From assembly GCA_040756875.1 (NCBI GenBank), contig JBFLYH010000001.1, forward strand, positions 1,244,878 through 1,308,877: DNA of 64,000 bases, written 5' to 3'. Every line of letters starts with the position of its first letter. Position 1 is the stretch's first letter. This DNA comes from a candidate division FCPU426 bacterium. Its GTDB lineage: Bacteria > Oederibacteriota > JAAXVQ01 > JAUVAV01. Positions 57,030-64,000 of the stretch are shown piece by piece. Position numbers and translations under genes: made by a program. A model generated the notes under the pieces. That model was not told the DNA's origin and searched no databases. It saw nothing but the letters and a program-made list of their open reading frames with translations.

Positions 57030-57968
57030 CTACGCCTCCCGGCTTTTGGTTTGGAACCAGGCGATGGTTTTTTTCAGGCCTTCGGCCAGCGGGACCTTGG
57101 GCGTCCAGCCCAGCAGTTTTTGCGCGCGCCGGATGTCCGGCCTCCGGCGCTGCGGGTCGTCGCCGGGCAATGGCTTGAACACCAGGGGCAGTTTCCTGCC
57201 GGTCAGGCGGTTGACCAGGCGCGCGGCCTCCAGCACCGTAAACTCGCGCGGATTGCCGAGGTTGATGATGGCGCCCGCGGTCCGCGGCCTGAAGGCGGCG
57301 CGGATCAGGCCCTCGACCAGGTCGTCCACGTAGCAGAAGCTGCGGGTCTGCTGTCCCCGGCCGTAGATGGTCAGCGGTTTTCCGGCCAGGGCCTGGGTGA
57401 TGAAATTGGAAACCACGCGGCCGTCGTCCGGCTGCAGGCGCGGGCCGTAGGTGTTGAAGATGCGCACGATGCGCGCGTCGAGCCGGTGCTTGCGCACGTA
57501 CTCCATGGTCAGGGCCTCGCCGAACCGTTTGGCTTCGTCGTAGCAGGAGCGGACGCCGACCGGATTCACGTTGCCCCAGTCGCTTTCGGTCTGGGGATGG
57601 TGCAGCGGATCGCCGTAAATCTCCGAGGTGCTGGCGAACAGGTACTTGGCCTTCTGCCTGCGGGCGAGCTCCAGCAGCTGGTGGCTGCCCAGGCTGTTGG
57701 TCATGAGCGTGTCAATGGACCAGGCCTGGTAATACGGCGGAGAGGCGTAGGACGCCAGGTTGAAGACGCAGTCCACGGCCAGTGACCGGGGCTGCCGCAC
57801 GTCACCCTTCACGAAGCGGAAGCGCGGCGATTTCCGCGCCCTGGCCAGGTTGGCCGTCCGGCCGGTTTTTAAGTTGTCCAGACAAATGACCGAATGCCGC
57901 AGGGCCAGCAACCGGTCGCACAAGTGCGACCCGATGAAACCCGCCCCGCCGGCGACCAAGATCCTCAT
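57030..57968 (-). CDS. UDP-glucuronate decarboxylase (UDP-xylose synthase) family
   Basis: GGAGFIGSHL, ASPPYY, STSEIYGDP, GNVNPVGVRSCYDEAKR, DDGRVVSNF, DDPQRRRPDI. Confidence 0.93.
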   Translation of the reverse strand: MRILVAGGAGFIGSHLCDRLLALRHSVICLDNLKTGRTANLARARKSPRFRFVKGDVRQPRSLAVDCVFNLASYASPPYYQAWSIDTLMTNSLGSHQLLELARRQKAKYLFASTSEIYGDPLHHPQTESDWGNVNPVGVRSCYDEAKRFGEALTMEYVRKHRLDARIVRIFNTYGPRLQPDDGRVVSNFITQALAGKPLTIYGRGQQTRSFCYVDDLVEGLIRAAFRPRTAGAIINLGNPREFTVLEAARLVNRLTGRKLPLVFKPLPGDDPQRRRPDIRRAQKLLGWTPKVPLAEGLKKTIAWFQTKSREA

Positions 57969-58005
57969 GGAACCTCCGTCTCTCCTTGATATTGTTCAAC
58001 CTATG

Positions 58006-58106
58006 GTCATTGCGCGCGAACGGAGTGAGCGTGGCAATCCAAGCATTTCGGTAATAAGCCAAGCTAGATTGCTTCGTCACCCAGAAACGGGGTTCCTCGC
58101 AATGAC
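58006..58106. repeat. GTCATTGCG...CTCGCAATGAC palindromic repeat (third copy)
   Basis: GTCATTGCG...GTGGCAATC...GATTGCTTCG...CTCGCAATGAC. Confidence 0.8.
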
Positions 58107-58242
58107 ATCATCGGAAATACATCTTTTTTCGGTTAAATCCTCTCATTTATATCATGTTTTCTTGCATGTAAAAACCTTTTTCCACGCCCTGGCATCCGGT
58201 ATAATGCGTTGTTTTCCCACTCTCCCGGTATTGGAGCCCAGC

Positions 58243-60219
58243 ATGACCGCCTCCCCTTCCGCTTCCCCGACCCCTGCCTGGACCTGGCCGGCCAAACTGT
58301 TCGCGGCCAGCCTGGTGGTGCTGGCTTTCGGCCTGCTGCTGCAGCCCCTGGGCGATCCGGACGTGTACATCCACCTGCGCGACGGCCGCTACTGGGTCCA
58401 GAAACACCTGCACGCAGGCCCCGAGCCTTTCGCCTACACGGTCCCGGACAAGCAAATCGAAAAAGTGGAAGTGCTCTTCCGCATCGGCATCTACCTCGTT
58501 TACCGTTTGGGCGGCTATCCCCTGCTGATCATCCTCAAAGCCCTGGCCATGACCGCGGCCCTGTGGCTCCTGGCTGCGCTAGTGTACCGGCGCTGGCCGA
58601 ACCTGGCCGTGGTCAGCCTGCTGCTGGCCGTTGCCATGCTGGCGCCCATGACCCGCATCATGCCCGAGCGGCCCTATGTCGTCACCTATTTGCTGCTGCC
58701 CTGGGTCATGCTGGTGCTGGAGCGCTTCCGCGGCGGAACCTCGTCCTCGGCCCGGCGCGACCTGTGGCTCCTGCCCTTGCTGGTCGTTCCCTGGGTGAAC
58801 CTGCACCCCGGCTTCATCGTCATGTTCGGTTTCATCGGCGCCCACCTGCTCGAGGAGGCCTGGGAATACTGGCGCGCGCCGGGCGCGGCGGGCAAACAGC
58901 GCCTGCTGCACCTGGCGGCCGTGCTGGCGGTCGCGGCCCTGGCCGGCGCCCTCAATCCCCTGGGCTTCGGCATTTACCGCTTTGTGTTCGAAACCACGGC
59001 TTCGCGGGATTTCATGCGCTTCCTGACCGAATGGGCGCCGCCGGTCTGGTCCGAACAGCCGCTCTTCTTCATCCTCCTGGCCGTGACCTGGCTGGCGCAG
59101 CTCGCGGCCTGGCGCCGCACCCGGCTCGCGGATTGGCTGCCCCTGCTGGCGTTCTCGTACCTGGCCCTGAAATCCTACCGCAACCTGCCCCTGTTCTTTT
59201 TCGCAGCCCTGCCGCCCCTGGCCGCCAACCTGCGGTGGCTGGCCGGAAAGCTGCCCTGGCGGGCCGCGCTCTCCGCCGCTTCGCGCCGTCTGGCCCTTTT
59301 CGCGGGCGCGGGCCTGGCCGCCGTGCTCATCGCCTTGTCCGCAGTCACGGGCTTCAGCTTCAGGCTGGGCCTCATCCCCAACCTTTACCCCACGCACGGC
59401 CTGCCCTGGCTGCTCAAACACCCGCTCCACGGCCGCATTCTGGCCCACGACATTTGGGGCGGATACATCGGCTGGATTTCCCAGGGGGGCGTGCAGGTTT
59501 TCATCGACGGCCGCTTTCCCCTGTTCGGGGAAAAGCTGTACGCGGACTACCGCAAAATGATCTGGGGCGACCCCCAGGAGTGCCTGGCGCTCCTGGACCG
59601 CTACGACATCCAGGGCCTGCTGGTCTCCCCCAAGAACGAAATCCGCATGTTCCAGCAGATCTGGAAATCCGGGCAATGGGTGCTGGTGTATTGGGACGAC
59701 GACTGCCTGATTTACGCCCGCCGCAGCCAGGGCAACCTGCCGGTGATCCTGTCGTTCGGCTACACGGCCATTGATCCCAAGAAGAACCCCTTTTTCCATC
59801 CGCAAAAACCCGAGCAGGCCCTGGCCGAGGCCCAGCGCGCGGCGGAGATCGCGCCGGACTCGGTCCTGCCGCTGTTTTTTACCGGCCAGTTGCAGCTGCA
59901 ACTGGGGCGGCTGCAGGAAGCGCGGCTGGCTTTCGAGCAGGTGCTGCGGCGCGCGCCCCGGCATGCGGGCGCCTGGTTCCAGCTGGGGATGATCGCTCGC
60001 GAGGACAAACAATGGCAGGAGGCCGAACGCCGGCTGCGCCGCGCGTACGGCTATGAAACATCGCCTCCCTGGCGGGGCCGGATCAGCTATTTTCTGGCGG
60101 ACACCCTCAAGAACGACCCCGGCCGCAGAAGCGAGGCCCTGGCCTGGGCTCGGCGCAGCCGCGCCCTGCTCCCGGACTGGGAGCCGGCCGCCACGCTGCT
60201 CAAGGAGTTGGAGCCTTAG
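58243..60219 (+). CDS. GT-C-like polytopic membrane protein with C-terminal TPRs
   Basis: DPDVYIHLRDG, WVNLHPG, LNPLG, EWAP, WGGYI, FIDGR; TPR helices. Confidence 0.78.
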   Translation: MTASPSASPTPAWTWPAKLFAASLVVLAFGLLLQPLGDPDVYIHLRDGRYWVQKHLHAGPEPFAYTVPDKQIEKVEVLFRIGIYLVYRLGGYPLLIILKALAMTAALWLLAALVYRRWPNLAVVSLLLAVAMLAPMTRIMPERPYVVTYLLLPWVMLVLERFRGGTSSSARRDLWLLPLLVVPWVNLHPGFIVMFGFIGAHLLEEAWEYWRAPGAAGKQRLLHLAAVLAVAALAGALNPLGFGIYRFVFETTASRDFMRFLTEWAPPVWSEQPLFFILLAVTWLAQLAAWRRTRLADWLPLLAFSYLALKSYRNLPLFFFAALPPLAANLRWLAGKLPWRAALSAASRRLALFAGAGLAAVLIALSAVTGFSFRLGLIPNLYPTHGLPWLLKHPLHGRILAHDIWGGYIGWISQGGVQVFIDGRFPLFGEKLYADYRKMIWGDPQECLALLDRYDIQGLLVSPKNEIRMFQQIWKSGQWVLVYWDDDCLIYARRSQGNLPVILSFGYTAIDPKKNPFFHPQKPEQALAEAQRAAEIAPDSVLPLFFTGQLQLQLGRLQEARLAFEQVLRRAPRHAGAWFQLGMIAREDKQWQEAERRLRRAYGYETSPPWRGRISYFLADTLKNDPGRRSEALAWARRSRALLPDWEPAATLLKELEP

Positions 60220-62185
60220 GAAGCGCCGGCCGGGGCTGGGGCACGAACACCCGGACCTCCACGCGGCGGTTGCGGGCGCGGGCGTTTTCCGAGCGGCCGC
60301 GCGCCTCGGGCCGGGATTTGCCGAACCCCGCGACGGAGATCGCGTCGCGGGACGCGTCCCGCTGGTCCGCAAGGAAATTGGCCACCATGAGCGCGCGCTC
60401 CCGCGACAGCTTGAGATTGGCTGTCACAGTGCCGATCTCGTCCGCGTGCCCTTCGCTCACGGCCCGGGCCTGCCCGGGATGGCGCCGGAGGAGTTCCGCC
60501 GCGGCCAGGCACTTGTCGGTCATGGCCGCGTCCAGCACCGCGCTGTTGAAATCGAACAGAATGCCGTAGATCAGAACGCCCGCTTCGCCCTCGGACGCTT
60601 CCACCCGGCGGGCGGCCACGGCGCGGATGTCGCCCGCCACCACGGCTTCGGAGCCGTCCGGATAAGCCACGGCCAGTTCGTAGCTGTATTTCAGCCTGGT
60701 GTCCGCCACTTTTCCCTGGCCGGAAAGGCCGTCCCAGAACAGTTCCTCCGGCAGTTCACCCTCGGCCTGCAGGGCCCTCACCTCGGCTTTGCCGCCGCGC
60801 TCCCGTATCCGCAGGCTCCAGCGCTGCACCGGGGGGCGCAGGTTGAACGCAAAGCGCACGCCCGGTTCGATCTCCGCGCCATCGCTGAACTGCAGCTTCA
60901 GCGGCGGTTCCAGCTGCGGCAGCTGCCGCGCGGTCTCGGTTTTTCCGGCGATGAACACCACCTGATAGCTGTCCTTGGCCGGCAGCAGGTTTCCGGCTTC
61001 GTTCCGGCCGTCCCAGGCCAGGCTGTCCGGCGGCAATCCGGCGCTGGAGAAGGTTTTCACCACCTGGCCTTCGTGGTTGCGGATCTCGAAGCGCCAGTCC
61101 CTGGCCTTGGCGGCGAATTCGGGGGGTTTGAACGCCAGGCGCCCCTCGAATTGCTGCGGCAAGACGGTCAGCCGCTTGGGCTGGGCCTGGGTGGCCTGGG
61201 CCACGCGCAGCTTGATCGCCGCGCCCTCGGCCTCCGGGGCCGCGGCTTCCAGGTCGCGCGGCGACGGTCCGGCCTGTTCGGGGAAATAGTAGGACAGGGT
61301 AAAGCGGTGGTTGTCGCCCAGGCCGTCGAAGGGCTGGTAGGCGTAATCCAGTCCGAACCCGCCGAAGCGGACGCCTGCGCCCAGGGACAGAGAACCCAGT
61401 TCGTCGAGCACACGGTACCCGGCGCGCACGGACACCAGGGATTGATACATGTATTCCAGCCCCGCGGCCACGGCCCGGTCTTCGGCGCCGGTCAGGGGCT
61501 GCTGGAAGTCCGCGAGCACATTCACCGCGTGCCCTTCGCCTGGCAGCCACTCCCAGCCGATGCCGGCCAGGAGCCGCAGAGGCAGCGGGTCCGCCTCGGT
61601 CTCGAACGCGGTCATGGCGCCCAGGTTGCGCAGGGCCGCGCCCAGGCGCACGGGCAGGCCGGGCAGTTTGAACTGCAGGCCCAGGTCCACGGCGCCGCCC
61701 TGGCTGGAGTAACCGGCCAGCAGGCTGGTGAAATATTTGGCGGTCAGTCCAGCGCTCAGACCGGCGCCCAGGTCGCGGGCGTGCGTGACAGCCGCGAGCA
61801 GGTCGTAATTCTCCAGGGCGCCGACCTCCTCGCCGAACTCATTGATTTCCATGAAATTGTAGGTGCTGGCGTAGAAGAATTGCCCGGCCCAGGCGCCGCC
61901 CAGCCAGTCCGGATAGAGGCCTTCCAGTTGTTCGTACGCGGTGTCCACCAGGGAAGCCAGGTGGGTAAACGCCAGCGCCGGCTGGGTCTGGCCCAGGATG
62001 CCGGCCGGATTCCAGGCGAGCTGCTGCGAATCGCCCTGCCCGGCCGTGCCCGCGGCCAGGGCGGCGGAGCGGGCCGGCACCTCGGTCAGCAGGAATTCGG
62101 CGCCCGTAGTGCCGGCGGCGCGCGCGCCGCCGGCCAGCAGGCAAGCCGCGGCGGCCGCAACCGCCGTTCGTTTAAAACGCCCCAT
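60200..62185 (-). CDS. PorV/PorQ-like beta-barrel fused to FlgD-like Ig repeats and an OmpA peptidoglycan-binding domain
   Basis: GAEFL...ARSAALA, WNPAG, LDYAY..LGDNHRFTL; WDGRN; FDFNS, GHAD, NLKLSRERA, NRRVE. Confidence 0.85.
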   Translation of the reverse strand: MGRFKRTAVAAAAACLLAGGARAAGTTGAEFLLTEVPARSAALAAGTAGQGDSQQLAWNPAGILGQTQPALAFTHLASLVDTAYEQLEGLYPDWLGGAWAGQFFYASTYNFMEINEFGEEVGALENYDLLAAVTHARDLGAGLSAGLTAKYFTSLLAGYSSQGGAVDLGLQFKLPGLPVRLGAALRNLGAMTAFETEADPLPLRLLAGIGWEWLPGEGHAVNVLADFQQPLTGAEDRAVAAGLEYMYQSLVSVRAGYRVLDELGSLSLGAGVRFGGFGLDYAYQPFDGLGDNHRFTLSYYFPEQAGPSPRDLEAAAPEAEGAAIKLRVAQATQAQPKRLTVLPQQFEGRLAFKPPEFAAKARDWRFEIRNHEGQVVKTFSSAGLPPDSLAWDGRNEAGNLLPAKDSYQVVFIAGKTETARQLPQLEPPLKLQFSDGAEIEPGVRFAFNLRPPVQRWSLRIRERGGKAEVRALQAEGELPEELFWDGLSGQGKVADTRLKYSYELAVAYPDGSEAVVAGDIRAVAARRVEASEGEAGVLIYGILFDFNSAVLDAAMTDKCLAAAELLRRHPGQARAVSEGHADEIGTVTANLKLSRERALMVANFLADQRDASRDAISVAGFGKSRPEARGRSENARARNRRVEVRVFVPQPRPALPKAPTP

Positions 62186-62260
62186 CGTGTTCCCCCTCAT
62201 TCCCCTGGCAGGAGGGATGCATGCGAATCTCCTGCTGCGGGGATGTCGCCCCGCAGTGGC

Positions 62261-64000
62261 CTAACGCACGACCACCAGTTTGCGTCTTTCCTTGAATCGG
62301 CTGGTTTCCACGTACACGATGTACACGCCGGACCTGACGATCCGGCCTTCGCGGTTGGCGCCGTTCCAAACCGCCTCAAAGGTGCCGGCTGAGGCCATCT
62401 GATCCGCGACGGTTTTGACCAGTTTACCACGGAGCGTAAAAATCCGAATTTTAACTTGCTGCGGTTCGTCCAGGTACACCGCGATCGGCAGCGGCGGCTG
62501 GGAAGTTGGCTTGAAAACATTGCCCCTGATGATCACGGGCGAGGCGCCTGAAGGCGAAACCAGGCGCGAAGTCGGCGTCGTGGTGGGGGTGGCGGTATGG
62601 GCCGTGACCGTGGTCCCGGCGGGCGTGGAGGTCGGCGTCTCCGCCACCGGAACCGTGGCGGTCCGGGTCGGGGTAAAGGTCAGGGACGCGGTGCGCGTGG
62701 GTGAAATCGTGGCGGTCAGGCTGGGGGTGAGCGTCAGGGAAACGGTCGGCGAGAGCGTGGCCGTCCGCGTCAGGGTGAAGGTCGCGGAAATGGTGCGCGT
62801 GGCCGAGAGGGTCGCCGTGGTCGTGGGGGTGAAGGTGGCCTGCGGGGTGGGGCTGACCGTGGGCGTGAACGTGGCCGTGGGAATGCCCGGCGTAGGGCTT
62901 ACGGTGCAGGTCGGGGTGATCGTGGGCGTGGGGGTAGGCGTGCGCCAGCGGCGGCAGTAGATCACGTGCTTGGACGTGCCGTCGTTTTCCTCCCAGGCCA
63001 CGTAGGGCGTGTCGCCGATCACCGCGATGTCCGGGTTGGCGCTGCCGCGGAAGACATCCACGTTCAGGCTGATATCCAGGGGAATCCAGGTGGTCAGGGT
63101 GACGTGTTGCTTGGCGTACACCTGGATGGTGTTGCCGTCGAACTCGCACCAGGCCACGACCGGATTGCCGCTGGGCAGCAGGGCGACGTCCGGCGCAAAA
63201 GCATCCTGGGTGTCCCCGGTATTCAGGGCCGGTCCCATGACCTGCCAGTTGCCGTCGTAATACTTGATGAAAACCTGCCGGTTGCTCCCGTTGTGCTCTT
63301 CCCACACCACATAAGGCGTCTCGTTCCAGACCGCGAGCCGGGGATGCCCGGCGTTGTTCAGAGCATTGTTGTTCAGGCTGCCGCCGAGGAGTTCCCAGCC
63401 CGTGCCGTTGAAGCGTTTGACGTACACCTGCGTGCCCAAACCGGCCGTTTCCTCGCACCAGGCCACGACCGGAAAGCCGCTGGCCGTCATCTGGATGTCC
63501 GAAGCCGAGGCGTTCCGGTTGAGGTTGAAATTCAGCGACGGCGCATCCACCATCCAGCCAAGATTGTAATGGGCAACGACGATCTGGGTGGCCACGCCGT
63601 TGGATTCGGTCCAGGTGGCGTATGGCAGGCTTCCAAAAATGGCCAGGCGCGGCATGAGCGTCGGATAACCGTAGGCAGTGGCCAGGCCGCCCATGGGCTG
63701 CCAAACGCCCAGGACGTAGCGTTTCAACCATATCCGGGCCATCGGCGGGTTTTCGATCCACAAGGCGTGCGGGTATCCGGCAATGTCCACGTCCAGATCC
63801 GAAGCCGGCGCATCCGCCGTGGCAGTGATGTTCAACGCACCGCCCATGGGCAACCAGGAAGTGGAAAAATTGCGCCCGACCAGCATCAAATTGGCGCCGT
63901 TGTATTGGCTGAAAATGACGTAGGGCGTCAAGGTGCCGGACGCCACGTCCGCGATGGCCGGCATTTGGGCGTGATAAGCCGCGTCGCTGACCACTCCCCC
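62261..64000 (-). CDS. Secreted repeat (beta-propeller-like) protein with Thr/Pro linker and FlgD-Ig C-terminal domain; 5' end outside window
   Basis: PYVAW.E...QVYVK.W repeats; TPT linker; IFTLRGKLV...WNGANREGRIVRSGVYIV. Confidence 0.82.
   Translation of the reverse strand, partial: GGVVSDAAYHAQMPAIADVASGTLTPYVIFSQYNGANLMLVGRNFSTSWLPMGGALNITATADAPASDLDVDIAGYPHALWIENPPMARIWLKRYVLGVWQPMGGLATAYGYPTLMPRLAIFGSLPYATWTESNGVATQIVVAHYNLGWMVDAPSLNFNLNRNASASDIQMTASGFPVVAWCEETAGLGTQVYVKRFNGTGWELLGGSLNNNALNNAGHPRLAVWNETPYVVWEEHNGSNRQVFIKYYDGNWQVMGPALNTGDTQDAFAPDVALLPSGNPVVAWCEFDGNTIQVYAKQHVTLTTWIPLDISLNVDVFRGSANPDIAVIGDTPYVAWEENDGTSKHVIYCRRWRTPTPTPTITPTCTVSPTPGIPTATFTPTVSPTPQATFTPTTTATLSATRTISATFTLTRTATLSPTVSLTLTPSLTATISPTRTASLTFTPTRTATVPVAETPTSTPAGTTVTAHTATPTTTPTSRLVSPSGASPVIIRGNVFKPTSQPPLPIAVYLDEPQQVKIRIFTLRGKLVKTVADQMASAGTFEAVWNGANREGRIVRSGVYIVYVETSRFKERRKLVVVR

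Noticed and set aside
60053-62392. Long antisense ORFs (also 8039-9685, 33570-34940, 55984-57333, 58579-60372)
   Set aside because: Shadow ORFs from high-GC codon bias opposite well-supported genes; no motifs

Overview
A 64-kb window of a GC-rich diderm bacterial chromosome, in three zones. (1) 1-19.3 kb and 60-64 kb: envelope and secreted-protein genes. Five large secreted proteins end in T9SS/FlgD-Ig-like sorting domains, four of them after long Thr/Pro/Ser linkers, and one PorV-like beta-barrel is fused to OmpA. This architecture recalls the candidate phylum FCPU426 or FCB-related lineages (inference only). (2) 19.3-37.9 kb: an accessory string of small, mostly minus-strand genes. It holds a 472-bp-period tandem duplication, a gene remnant and an AT-rich island encoding a UG/DRT-type reverse transcriptase (30624-32027), an unannotated ~131-nt structured RNA closed by a perfect 14-bp stem (30495-30625) and a SLATT membrane effector (29880-30476). 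This candidate DRT10-like anti-phage system, ordered RT-ncRNA-SLATT, is the most interesting item. (3) 38.1-60.2 kb: a glycosylation cluster with GT2s, Wzx, GT9, polyprenol-P-sugar synthase, UDP-GlcA decarboxylase, five GT-C-like membrane proteins, two B12-type radical SAM enzymes and two methyltransferases. MITE/REP-like palindromes occupy several intergenic gaps. No rRNA, tRNA or CRISPR array was seen. Family calls come from motif recognition by eye; no database searches were run.
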